A DNA stretch of 61,147 nucleotides, filler included, from Perkinsus olseni (taxonomy: Eukaryota), in NCBI GenBank assembly GCA_013115125.1. It is 13 parts of 13 records of this genome, joined end to end, with 100 filler letters (N's around TTAATTAATTAA, not from the genome) between each part and the next. Parts side by side here need not be neighbours in the genome. Positions count along the whole stretch, not along the records: positions 37,949 to 42,523 come from JABANN010001257.1; positions 42,624 to 47,197 come from JABANN010001258.1; positions 47,298 to 51,849 come from JABANN010001260.1; 10 more parts are not named here. One strand, 5' to 3'. The position numbers were made by a program, and so were the translations under genes. How positions within the stretch are numbered: the first letter of the stretch is position 1; each line of letters starts with the position of its first letter. Shown piece after piece: positions 37,949-50,519 of the stretch. Below the pieces are notes generated by a model. The model made no database searches, had not been told where the DNA came from, and saw only the letters and a list, made by a program, of their open reading frames with translations.

Positions 37949-39561
37949 CCGAAAACTAGCCCCTCCACAACTACAATCTGTGGATGGCTGGATTTCTGTG
38001 GCCTACCCCCGCATCCGAGGAAGCCAAGAGAGTCGAGTCCCACGGAACGTCAAAGAAATCAGGCTCTATGCTGGGATATCAATGGTCTGCTGATGACGAC
38101 ACTCTCTCCATATCTGCTACGAGGGAGTCCGAGTCAAGATCACTGGTTACCGTTGATGACTACCGTCGGTTCCTGGCTACCTTTTTTGATCCCTGTGGCC
38201 TCTATCTTGAACACCTGATGAAAGCTCGGTTACATTGACAGCAAGCTGCACTGGCTGGCAAGGCTTCTGCTCTGTGCCCAAAGCAGTTGCATATCATTGA
38301 ACAGTGGGTGTACTCTCTTCGTCAAGCACCACCTTCGCCGAGACAGCTCTACCCAACTAATGTCGACTACGATACCATCATTGCCTATATTGACGCATCG
38401 AATAAAGCCTCAGCAATCGTCGTCGAGACCCTCACTGGTAGAAGAATATGGTCACGAGGCTTCATAACACCGGCTGGATCGTCACCTACTGCCCCGAGAA
38501 TGGAATTGGATGCCTTATGGGTAGCATCCACACTCCTTAGAGACTTCATCACTGACATCGCCGACTACTGGGGAGTCACTAAACTCATCATCTGCACGGA
38601 CTCCGAGGTTAACCTTGCACGCCTCAGGAGAAGCCCTACTATCATCAAGACCCCTGATGAACTGGTCAAGCAGCGACGGTTGGTCAAGATACGAAACAAT
38701 GTCCATGAACTTCAGCAGAAGACCCACGTTCGAGTTTTCTTCAGTCACATCGACGGCGAGTTGAACCCGGCAGATCCACCATCTCGTGGGAAGCTCGGAA
38801 ATGACGACGGCCTATCGCAGCGACTCACCTACATCTCTCAGCTTGTCGCTCTCTTGGAAGACCCTGGTATCTACATTCTGGAAAATCTACCAGCCTTCTA
38901 TGTTATTCCTGGTGATTATGAGCCCATACCTATTCCTTCAAGAATCACAACCCAACCTACTAAGATCACTATCAACAACACCATAACTGATGACGACAGA
39001 GGCGACGAGATCACTGGCTACGACACCGAAGACATCGCTACCCTTCTGTATCATCAGAGACGTTTCGCTCAAGCATTTCAAGAGTGGCAAAAGTCTTCAT
39101 TGAAAATGGGACGATCCCACGGGCCACTGAACGAGAACCTCAAGATGCTGCGATCGACCAAACCTCGACTGGATTGGAAGACTATCGTCTCCGAGGCCGT
39201 CTCCTTGGCTAATGGTCGTCCGAGATGGGGTACCATATCTTCATGGGATCTACTACACACTTATCCTCAAGACCAATCTTAACTCTGCGCACCTCGTCCA
39301 GAAGGCCTACTCGAAGAATGGATTGAGGGACAATGGGAAGATGATCGAGATCGTACACGAGAACGACTCGGAGATACTGCCAAGCAAGTCAACATCGGCG
39401 ACAAAGTCTACCTTCGTACTCCTTCCCCTATCAAACTTGGCGCCCTAGCAAGAGGACCGTACATTGCGGTGGAGATTCGGGGTCAGACGTACTTTCTTCG
39501 TGAGTTATCTACTAACAAGAGGATGCAACAACCTCTCTACAAGTTGATCACAACACAATGA
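37949..39561 (+). mobile_element. BEL/Pao-like pol remnant (RT thumb, Pao-type RNase H, integrase with deleted core)
   Basis: MLGYQWSADDDTL…FLATFFDPCGL; YIDASNKA…PRMELDAL…CTDSEVNL…HIDGELNPADPPSRG; ANGRP; ARGPY tail. In-frame stop at ~38236 and later frameshifts. Confidence 0.75.
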
Positions 39562-39685
39562 ATTTTTTTTCCTCACACTCATTCATCCGATACCCTTCCT
39601 TTCTCGTTTCGACATACCTCCATTCATTCAGTCCATATCGTTTTCCTGAGGAAGTTTTTTTCCCCATTCATTCGTTTAGCCCATC

Positions 39686-39800
39686 GGCTGGGAGGATGTG
39701 CTGATCATAGCTCCGTACGTCATGCGCGTTAGCTCGGCGCACGCGCAACGCACGTGACGAGGTCACGTCACGTGACGTGACGCACCACTCCGGAACGAGA
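39686..39800 (+). mobile_element. PPT and start of the 3' LTR of the BEL/Pao-like element
   Basis: GGCTGGGAGGA followed by TGTG at 39697, then tandem CACGT/ACGTG motifs. Confidence 0.55.
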
Positions 39801-39809
39801 TCCTATGGG

Positions 39810-41500
39810 TTTTTACGCTCTTCCTACTTTCTACAACGAGTTACCTCGCTGTACCCTTGCAATCGCGTTGGTAAATCGCGACAGTATGTTCCCTCTACGA
39901 TCTTTCCGGAAATCGGAAGGAGGCTACCCAGGTAGACAAATTTATCCACTTCTCCGATGTCAGAGCCGTCTATCTTCACACGCAGATTGGAATCACCCAA
40001 TCCTTCAGATAGGGTCATACATATTGTCGTAGGTAAGAACACTTCCATGCCGAACCTATCCAGAGCTGGCAAGAGCTTATCGAGGTTACGTTGGAGGATA
40101 GAGTCATCGTCAGCCAATGAAACGATATCGTCCGCGCACAGGAGACATGAGAGGTCCACGGATTCTCTCCTGCCTTCGCTTGCGCAAAGTATGCTCAGGC
40201 TGATGTCCAGTTTGGCATCTCTGATCACCATATCTATGAAGATAATGAACAGAACGGAAGCTATTCAGCACCCCTGTCAAGTTCTCATATCTACCGTAGA
40301 TAATCTACAGGAATATGGTCAGAAATTTTCTTCTGAGGGTGGACCTGGGCAGCAGTATGGTGTATTGATTCGATAGCTGAGATCAGCTTTTCATCAGTGA
40401 TGAAAAGCTAGCCGGTTGTGATGAATCATCACATCTGGCTAGCCTGAGAGCTCTCCAGATCGCAGAACAGTGCACTTTGTCGAACGCTGCTTTCAAACTC
40501 AGGAAAACAGCGGACTGCCTGCGGCCATTCCGGTTGCAGATTTCCGTACAACGGCGCAGTACATGTAATGCATCCAAAGTGCCCTTTGCTGGTAAGAAGC
40601 TAAACTGCTCTTCTCCAACAAAATTCTCTGCTAGAGGTTTCAACCTCCGCCCCAAAGCCCCGGAATAAAGCTTGCCCATATGATCGAGCAGTTTTATACT
40701 TCTGTAGTTGCCTGCTCCCTTACTGTCGTCTTTCTTGAAGCAACGGAAGATAATCGAGTGTTCCAGAACTCTGGGAATACTCTCCGGCCTACTCCACCAC
40801 TCATGGCACAAGCGGCACAAGATCCTTAGAGTGTGGTCACCACCTCATTCGCTCCAGGAGCTTTATCATTACTCGTGGAGCAGAAAGAGTCCTGCACCTG
40901 GTCCAAGGTGATATCTTCCCCTGCTTTGCGCTCTGTTGGCAGGTCAGGTGGCTCCAGGGCAGGTAGAATGCAAGTTTTCAAGCCAATAGTTGCTTGAAAT
41001 GGCTTGCAAATTCCTGTGGGGAAAGGATATCATGACGCCTGCGTATCAGTGTGAAGCCTGTTTTCAATTCATTGATGAGGCGTCTAACGTCCTCAGCGTG
41101 CTGAGCTTCCGCGTTCTCAATCTGAGAACACTCCAGCTCTGTGAAATCGGCTTCAGCTTTTTTCACCGCTACCGCCGCTTTGCTGCGAGCTTCGCCATAT
41201 GAGTTGGAAGCTAAGGCCCAGAGGAACAAGACTCCCAGGACAAGATTTGACTCCGCCCGGCTTACGCGTGAAATCCACGCGCTTCAGTTTGCTCAAGATC
41301 TGGGACGCTATTGCCGCTGAGGGCTGTTTGGATTCTTCATCGGGTGGTTCGTATCGAACCCGGATCCGCCGTGTCCGTGTCATCGTTTGGACATTCCCGA
41401 TCAGATTTACCTCGCCGAAGTGTACCTGCCTGCTCTCTCGGTCTAGAGAGTAGCCATTGAGGACTATGCTCTCGCCATGTACCGTCGGCCGAGTAGTCCT
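39810..41500 (-). mobile_element. Degenerate non-LTR (LINE) reverse transcriptase
   Basis: NYRSIKLL…EEQFSF…FLSLKAAFDKV, QGC…LF, LLCADDIV and FVYLGS, spread over several broken frames. Confidence 0.9.
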
Positions 41501-42623
41501 CTTCACTAGTGCTACTCGGAATGAAATTAAAGCCGACTTTGAAGCCTTCTTCCCAATGTCTGCTTCTAAGACTATTTACGGACCGTGCTTCCGCACTCTG
41601 TGGTTCAACGATGGCGACCTCGCTCCTGGCGTTACCTGGCCTCGCGGGAAGACGCTCAAGTGAAAGTATCTAAAGGATCTTGTAGATGTTGAATTGAAGA
41701 GCTACGGGAGCAACCGTCGAAACAAGGTCCCGTGTTTCCATACTTTCATATGCGCCTCGCACGCAATTGCCAATTCAAAGTAAAGCAATTCACTCTTGTG
41801 AGTCAGCTGAGATCCGTCTGAGACGATCTGTGAATTCGATGAAGGCGGTCCGGATCTCGCCTCCCAAGGCAAGAGCTGGCGCCAGAAGGCATGACCAGCA
41901 GCACAGGGCCTCATATAATATGGCAATTGTGGGGTCAGCTTTTCAGTGACTGCTGACGGATGGCTTGTTCACTGAGCAGCGATGCAGCAGCAGTGTGGGA
42001 ATCGTCACGGCTCTTGACTCGGGGGGAGTGGGCTGCGCCCACTGGGCATTACGGAAAAAGAAAAGAAGTGAGAAGAAGGTTAACAGGCATGTTACTATGG
42101 AAACACATACGAGGGGTCGAGCATGAGGATGTGCAATGACATGGTCGTGCCAAACCGGTCACCAACAAGGGGGACGTGCGTGTGTGGCAGGTTCGGTCTA
42201 TACTTGGTACCGGAGAACCCGGCCACCCCCCGCCTTTGACGTGTATAGACCTAAGGGGGCACTCACTTGAATTTTAGTCCCCTACCGATCCTGTGATCCT
42301 CTGCAAGCATTCAAGATCGATCCAGAGATTGATCTCAGGATCTGCTCTCAGGATTGATTGACTGAACAGAAAAAGGCTCCGGTCAGTCCTGGCATTGATC
42401 CCCAGTCCCGGGATCGACTTACTGAACAGCCCGAGTGTTGCCGAATTCACCAGGGGCCTATTCAAGTGCTTTTCGTTTCCGGGTTCCGAGTCCGAGGGAA
42501 ATTTACCAGGCCCCGAGTCCGAGNNNNNNNNNNNNNNNNNNNNNNNNNNNNNNNNNNNNNNNNNNNNTTAATTAATTAANNNNNNNNNNNNNNNNNNNNN
42601 NNNNNNNNNNNNNNNNNNNNNNN

Positions 42624-44046
42624 GCCGAGACAGGAAGCTTGCTCGACGCAGAGCCTTTCTGTCTCAAGCGAATCGTCACTCCGTCCAGCAGCAGATAGGT
42701 CACCAAGCGAGAGTCTCGGCAGAGCTGCACTAAATTCCAGCCGAGCTTGGTCAGAAAATGCTCTGCAGGAAGCCCAGCGGTCGGGCATCGCGAATTAGGA
42801 TTCACAAGCCTGTAGCATCTTCGCTGTGCGCGCTCGTCTTCCTCAAAAACTGCCGTCGAGAATTTCAAGGATATCCCGCCCGTTACGGCGATTTTGGTGG
42901 AGCATTCACTTTTATCGTCGATTTTGACAGTCACGCCCTCCAGACCAGGAACGGGCACATCGTTGACGTAGACGCCAGAGGGAGGCGGTTGAAGAGGGAG
43001 GTCCAGAACCTCGTGCGGATCATCCGAGATCTTTCGCATGACGTAACCGGAACCCTGAACCATCAAGAAGGCACCACTTAAGCCATCCGAGAAGCAAGGA
43101 GCGAAATCATCCGCCGTGAAGTTCCACGGCCGTCCGTGATTTACAGTGAAAGCGCTGGCTGTTTGCAAACCAGCTTGTAGGGGCCCTTCTTGTAACCGGT
43201 AACATGTTAGACCTCCCGAAACGGAAAGTACTTCCATCTGAGTGACACTTGTTTCTATTGAACTCCGAAAACCTTGCTCGGGCATCCCCGCGAGGAATAC
43301 CATTGAGCCCTCTCCCGTCCCCGCGATAAATCGCACTGCAATGCCTTCGAAAACCGAGATCGGGTAGTTGGTCCGATACACGCCCGAGGGAGTATCTTTC
43401 TTCAGACGAACTCTGACTCGGCCTATGACCAAGTACGTCACCAGTTGGGGGTCGCGGCAAAACCACGCATCATTCCAGTTCAGCTTCCTCAGGGGATGTC
43501 CGAAAGGAAGGCCATCGGGCAGACTTTGTGCGGGCCAGGGAAAGACGAGCCTAAAACACCTTCGGACCCTGGATGGATACTCGTTTATGCTCCCCAGGAC
43601 CTCGAAGTTGTTGCTGCTTCTAACCACAATTTTCGCCGTGAAATTGCCAATTTCGACCACCACGTCACCGAGCCGCGAAGCCGGCTCATCGTTAACGTAC
43701 AAAGCCGGTGGAGGGGGTCCGAGAGGGAGATCCACTTTCCCGAGCGATTCGCCGGACAACTTCTGCATGGCGTGTCCAGATCCATCGACCATCAGCATGT
43801 GACTCTTCTCTGAAAAACAGGCTGTTATAGAGGCCAAGGAGATGTCCCCTGGGTTTCCTAACATCTCCTTGAGAGCATTGACCCTTCTGAAACTACTCGA
43901 TGATGGCGGCCAGAGCACGTGGTAGCATTTCAGACCCGCCGGGCTTGTGACCAGCTCCGTGTTGACGAACCCTGTGAGAATAGAATATCGGAAACCTTGC
44001 CGGGGCATTCCAGCGAGGAATATCATAGAGCATCTCGCCTTCTTGG
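42624..44046 (-). CDS. Partial hypothetical protein with two ~235-aa tandem modules
   Basis: SM.FLAGMP.QGFR.SI…GL.CY…CFS…LMV.GSG…DLPL.PPP..YVND.P…RC.RLV…GLP..H.L.KL.WN…CRD..LVTYL occurs twice. Both ends run into N gaps. Confidence 0.8.
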
Positions 44047-45013
44047 NNNNNNNNNNNNNNNNNNNNNNNNNNNNNNNNNNNNNNNNNNNNNNNNNNNNNN
44101 NNNNNNNNNNNNNNNNNNNNNNNNNNNNNNNNNNNNNNNNNGCTTTTAGCGAGGCATAGCACCCAGTGACTTTGTGGCAGTACATAGGCTCCGCCTACAC
44201 TCCCGCAACAGTGGCGGAGAGTCGTTCTCCGTACTTAGTCTTCGGGTAGGTCTTTGGGACCCAAAGTTTGGGTAGAGTACTCCTTTCGTAACCCGCTGCT
44301 TCATGGGAATTGGTTTCAGATGTAGTTGTTCCCAACTTCCCATCAAAGCCTGCCGAGTCTCTAATAACAGGGAGGGAAGTTTGTAGTTGAAGTGCCCTGA
44401 GTGGTGACACTGCGAGTGTGTCGGGGTACGGTACTGGCTGCATCATACCGCCGACTTGTACCCGTGTGATCGGGAACGGGAGATGTCGTATCGTGATGAG
44501 CACGGAGCCCGGTTTCGAGGACGGAGCACTGCTGCAGAGTCTGCAGTGCAGACACCTTAGTGCTCTTTCCAGCAGTACTGACCTCATCGAACAAATCTGG
44601 ACGTGGACGGAGCTTGATGGCGATGGCTCCATAATTTACAGCAGCATAATTCACGCTGTGCGATCAACCCGTCCTCGCAATAACTGCGTAGTGCAGCTGG
44701 TCGCGTTATACAGCCTTACTCCAGCTTCAAGGAGCCATCTTCAGAATTCCGGAAGGGTCCTCAGAAAACTTGATCCGCTCGGTTACTGCGAGCACCACTC
44801 AGCTTGAAATCTCAGGACAAGATGCTGTCCTGACTTCATGCTTCCGCAGCGTGAAATTCACACACACTTACTCACTTTTTGGATAAAGATCAAGAACTAC
44901 GCTTTTTCTTTTTTCGCAGAAAAAAGATGATAAGCAGGAGTGTTCTTCTCGGACACACAAAGATAAATGCTCCAGCTTCGTTTCTCCGTCCGTCACCCAG
45001 CCCGAGATGCGGA

Positions 45014-45373
45014 TTATGCAACGATGGCTCCCTTCGGGCCATCTTTCTTCTTCGGCCTGACCAGGAAGAAACTATACCCGCTGTCGTCGAAATCCCAGTC
45101 ATTGTCCTCAGCGGCTTTGAGAGCTGCTTCGGAGATTCTGTAAGTCTCGTGGCATGAAGCTCCGAAAGTGGCATATTGATCCAGTATGGCTGCTCGCGCG
45201 GCCTTGCAAACATCTTGCATCTTATCAAGTTCTTCACCATGACCATTCCGAATGAACCAGTCCTCGTGAATAGGCCTTGTCGCTGGTGGAATGTTTAGCT
45301 TGCCGACAAGCCCAATCAAAATATCTAGCTTCTTGGAATAGCCCGCTCTCGGGACTCTCACGACCGGGTCCAC
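45014..45373 (-). CDS. Hypothetical protein (true start uncertain)
   Basis: 119-aa ORF with protein-like composition. No recognisable motif. Confidence 0.35.
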   Translation of the reverse strand: MDPVVRVPRAGYSKKLDILIGLVGKLNIPPATRPIHEDWFIRNGHGEELDKMQDVCKAARAAILDQYATFGASCHETYRISEAALKAAEDNDWDFDDSGYSFFLVRPKKKDGPKGAIVA

Positions 45374-46559
45374 GCCAGTGTTATCGGGAGGAGGCGCTTC
45401 AAACTAATAACCAGCGGGCTGATGGGAAGGTGTTTCCGGGCGTTCATAGTACTCGAGAGCTCCCTTAGTGGAACTACAGCGACAAAAACAGCATGCATGA
45501 CCTAGACTGCGAACGGGTTGGAGTTTGAGGGCAGTGGATATTCCAGATGTAGAGGGGCGCCGACTTGTCGACTGTGAAGGTCAATGAGCTTATAACGCCG
45601 AATCCGCGTCGTGCTCAATAGAAAGCTTTGATCGCATAAAACGGGAAAGCCGCGAAAAAGGGATGATCCAGGGTCAATCCTACCGGCCCGTCAAGGGTTA
45701 ACAGCTAGTCGGCACTGAGTGAATTTGCTCCCACCGCATGCAGATACACTCAAGAAACGAGGTGATGATCCGTACGTCAGCGAAGGTGCGAAGTAGCAGG
45801 GCGGCTATGGTGAACTCATTCCTGAGCATCCTGAGATCATCCCAGTGGGATGTACTCTCGGAATAACTCGTGAGAACAACTCGCACAAAGCTCTACGTGA
45901 ATGCTCCGGCGGGTATGAGTTAGAACTACGAGCAGCGACGACGGAGAGAGGTGACTGAGAACTGTGAGTAGGGAGCGAGCCAACCTGGCTATGCTTGGCG
46001 AGCTCTCAGCGAGCAGAACTACAATAACGACCGTTTTTTGTGCGCGTCTTTGTGATCACATTAAGTGCCAGTGTGACCGCGTGACGCGGGGATGCACAGT
46101 GTCGCGTCTTCACCTGCAGCTCATTCCCGCGGCCAAAGGTGAGGTCCAGAACGTCCAGGGAGAGCACGTTGCCATCTGCGGGACCTGGCCCCTAGAAGGA
46201 TCGCTCTAAGGAGGAATTCACACATCGAGTTAACGGCATTTCCCATCAACTGCCCAACATGGGCGGAGATGGTCACGGAAAAACAATCTTGACAAGATTA
46301 CGTGGGTGCGTTAACCTACATCATAGTACCAACGGAGGTCCACAAGGACAGCGGAGCGATGCGCTTGATGAGCTCCAAGTGAACTCAATCCTTATGTGCT
46401 GTTAATGACACGGACACATGGCGATGATCACAGCTGTTCATTCTTCCGTTGTTTCTTTCTCCTCCTGCGGTACCACGGAGCGTTGGAGGAGATATCTGAA
46501 CTCATCATGAGCAACCAAGACCAGAGATCTGACTATCAAGCGAGGGCTTAGGCTACGAC

Positions 46560-47197
46560 ACGCAGGCAAGGCAGTCTATGATTGGCGTTGACCAATTATG
46601 AACTGAAGATGCCCATAGGAGAAGACCCGCCGTCTTGCAGCGATAATGACAACACTCCAAAGCTGCGTCTGCTCGACCTCAATCGTCATTCCACCCTCAG
46701 TGCTCGATACAATCCTCACGAACGTGGCACATTCTCGTCATGTAAATGTGGAAGGCGGAGACGAGGGCAGACCGACTCAGCCAAAAAAGTGACACCATCT
46801 TCTGGTGCCTTCTCGCACGCTTCCACGATGCCCTCTTTCAGAGTGGGCATCACATTCTGGAGGAGGTAACTAACCGGAGGAACCTCATCCCGAAAAACAT
46901 AGAAGCAATGTACTGGCGCAAACTCCTGCTGTGTTTCTCCAGAAGCAGCTCTTCGTCCTTCTTCACTTCACTTAGACGCTGAGCCTCCTGACCTGATGCA
47001 CCAAAGGGTCCTGCAAAGAGGGCAAGCAAGAGCGAGAAGCGTACTTCTTCGGGCCTCAATCTCAGCGGCTTCCCTCGCAAGCGCCTCCTCGCGGACACGA
47101 TCCTGGAGAAATGCGGTATTGAAAGCTAGCCTCAGTAAAATACCCACTTCCGCCTGCTTCTTCCGAAGCTCCTCTCTCTCCATCTCAATCGTCTTCG
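46560..47197 (-). CDS. 3' exons of a coiled-coil plus Dpy-30-motif protein (adenylate kinase 7-like C-terminus)
   Basis: EELLLEKHSRSLRQY / LQNVMPTLKEGIVEACEKAPED / IDCLA on successive short exons matches the Dpy-30 motif pattern. 5' end truncated by spacer. Confidence 0.55.
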
Positions 47198-47741
47198 NNN
47201 NNNNNNNNNNNNNNNNNNNNNNNNNNNNNNNNNNNNNNNNNTTAATTAATTAANNNNNNNNNNNNNNNNNNNNNNNNNNNNNNNNNNNNNNNNNNNNGCC
47301 TCAAACTCTAAAAATTGTAGAAGTTAACCCACTGACATGTTTTGCAACCTTTAGATTGCTCGTACTGTATGTAGTCGTGGTAGCCGGGGCCTCGCGGTAA
47401 GGACGGATGTTGTATTGCTGATGTACGCTGACTCTGCAAGTTGTTGGTCACTCGTGGGTATCCCACGCTGTGCGAGCCACGTGCAACCGCCCTTAGCGGG
47501 TGGATGGTGTGCGAACCCTCCAACCTTTCTATCTCGTCAACGTACGAAGTGTGTCACCTTTCCGGTATGCTCTACTTTGGTATCGAGATTGGACACGTTG
47601 GGCCGTACAGTCCTCAGTCGGTCTCCTCGTATCTCGGCAAAGGTCGATGGACTCTAGTATAGGACAGGTCTTAGTCTCCGTCATCATTAGGAGGCCTGAT
47701 ACTAGCAGATCGTTCAGTAGCATAGTAGTGTTGTTAACGTG

Positions 47742-50087
47742 ATGGCGCGTCTCGAACCTCCGTCTGCCAATGCTGATGAGGGTGGTGCTGCCTCAATCAC
47801 TGCCCAGCCAGGATGGTACTGGGACTGGGATTTTCCTAAACACCATCCCAACTTGAACGAGGTGCCAACTACGCATTCAGCTGTGGGCATCATCGCCTGT
47901 CAGTCCCATCACGAGCTACGAAAGTTGGTTAGGGCCTTCATCTTGGAGCACATCATCCCCTTTCTACCGCAGTGGGAGGCCGAGGGAGAGTTCCCTAGGG
48001 AGCTCCATCGCAAGGCTTACCAGTGTGGTGTGTAAGTGCCTGAAGTCTGTATCGTCCGGAAAGGTGGACGCCTAGGTACGCTGCACTGTGGCCAACCTCT
48101 ATGGGCGGCACGCCTCCTCCTCTTTGCAAGGGGAACATCAACCGACCTGGTGAGCACGTAAAGCTACAGTTTTCTGCGCCTCAGCGTTGATGGTGGTCCT
48201 GGATATGAAAACTGTTTCTAGGGTCGTAAGGCGGGCCGCCGCAGCCTTCCAAAATAATCCACGTTATTGGCTTACTCTCTAGATATTCCGTTTCTATAGG
48301 TCACCTTCCTGTGTATAGCTCAGATATCCAGACATCTTCTCATCATGCCTTGGCCCCTCAGGCCCGCATGAGGTCGACATCTGGCACGACTTCATCCTCA
48401 ACGATGAGCTCGCTAATTGTGGTGCGGGGGGTGTTATAGCCAGCTGCTTCGTCAGCCTAGCCATTGGTCTGCCGCCACTCATCGCCGGTGAGTTTGTCAC
48501 TTGAGCCTTCTCTATGATCATCTACCGTCTCTCGTGTTACCTGTCTGCTAGGTGGGTTGGCTGGAGGCCCTGGGATGACCTCTCGGCTTGCTCGGGAGAT
48601 TGTGCAGGGAGAAAAGATACTCTCCCTGGCGGTGACGGAACCGTATGCCGGCAGTGATGTCGCCAATGTCCAGACCAAGGCAGTCCTGCAGGTTGGTGGG
48701 TGCGAGCGTGGCTTCGCTGAAGTTCATGTTGATAACAGGCTGACGGCAAACANNNNNNNNNNNNNNNNNNNNNNNNNNNNNNNNNNNNNNNNNNNNNNNN
48801 NNNNNNNNNNNNNNNNNNNNNNNNNNNNNNNNNNNNNNNNNNNNNNNAACACTATCTGGTCAACGGTGTTAAGACGTTCATAACTTCTGGGCCTTGGGCA
48901 GACTGCTTTACGACTGCAGTAGGTGATGGATGCAGGTCGGGCGCTGTTCTTAGCCGTGCAATAGGTACACATAGCAGGCGATAGCGGCCTCTCACTATTG
49001 ATGATCGACCGTACCTTGCCAGGGGTATCCACCACGAGGCTAGCGACGCAGGGTTGGAAGACCAGCGGTACGGCTCGCGTCACTTTCGAGGATGTAAAGG
49101 TAGGCCAGGCACCGAAGCTCTACTGCAGTAACGCTACTGTGAATAGGTACCGGTCGAGATGCTCATCGGGAGCCGTGGTCACGGCTTCAAGGCGATCATG
49201 TCCGTCAACTCTTCGTCTTACGGTTATTGCTCATGCCTGTTGTATGCCCCCACAGGCACAACTTTAATCATGAACGTCTCATGCTGGCCATCAGTTCGAA
49301 CCGTAACGCTCGCATCTGTATGGAAGACGCCATACGCTACGCCAAGTCCAGAAGGACCTTCGGCAAACGTCTCATCGATCATCAGGTTAGTTACGCCCTC
49401 TGAGGGCTACCACGTCTCCCTCACTAGGGTAGTGACTGATTGGAAGTGGGGCGAATTCCGAGTGAACAACGACTGGACAATGTCCGCTCTCCTCTTCGTG
49501 ACGTCGAAGCCTTCGGAGGCGTACCTCGTGTTCTCTGATAAGCAGTCGTCATGTTTTCGGGAGTTTTCCCCACCGCTCCCCTTCAGGTTATCCGTCACAA
49601 GATAGCAGAGATGGCTAGAGGGGTGCTGGCCACTCATACCTTTATAGAGGATATTGTTATTAGATGGCCTGAGTGGGTGGGGCGCTGTAGGCCTTGAACA
49701 TTGTGATCAACTTTAAGGTCATCCCAGAGCGAGCTGGCTGGGAGAGTGGCACTACTGAAAGTTCAAGCTACGAAGACATTTGAGTTCTGCGCGAGAGAGG
49801 CGTCTCAAGTAGCCCCTCGTTTTCCTGCATTTTATTGAGGTGGGGTTGTAGATACTGGGTGGCCGTAGCTATCTGCAGGGCTCCGGCCCAGGAGCTAGGA
49901 TAGAGAGGTTATACCGAGAAGTCAGAGTGAATGCGATCGGTGGAGGCTCGGAGGAGGTGACCCTCTCAGAAAGGCGATTCCAGGACCATGCCATGCTCAG
50001 TCCCAGCATATTCCCCAATGGCCTGCTGCTATCGTACTTCTCCTTCAGATTATGCTCGATCTAGCTGCTCGCCAGGCACGACTATGA
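47742..50087 (+). CDS. Acyl-CoA dehydrogenase, multi-intron
   Basis: ELRKLVRAF…WEAEGEFPREL, LAVTEPYAGSDVA, VNGVKTFITSG, GWKTSGTARVTFEDV, FNHER, RRTFGKRLIDHQVIRHKIAEM, IERLYREVRVNAIGGGSEEIM…QARL*. Internal N gap at 48753-48847. Confidence 0.93.
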
Positions 50088-50519
50088 GCGTCCTATTCAC
50101 AATACTTCATTTTTTCCGAGTAGTTTATGTTTTAGTCCATGAGTAGACGGTTAGGTCTCCAGGTTGGGTAGTGTTGCGCATGCCGAGAAGAGGTCGGCCA
50201 CGAGGAGGAGGAGGAGGAGATGGTGCTATACTTTCTCCTACGCGGTGTATACTCGGTAACTTTGATGTTTCTCTTGTCACTATGCTCTACCATAAGCGGG
50301 ACCCATCACTACACTCGTCCAGCATGGCTTTGGATCCGCTCTCGTCGTTGCACTCTATGCCACAAGGTTTCGCAGCCAAGGCACATCGATTGGTGTTCAC
50401 AGTGTTAATCAGCCCATCTAGCATACCACCACTCCCCCGCTGCTTGAGTATTGCCCCTCGCTTCCGTCATTCGCAGTGTCGCGGTACCAAACAGTAGTTA
50501 GAACCGTGAAGCTCCGTGG

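Noticed and set aside
44047-44185. N-terminus of the 537-aa ORF, and other ORFs ending in X…LIN
   Set aside because: They read through N gaps or into the artificial spacer; their starts and stops are artefacts.
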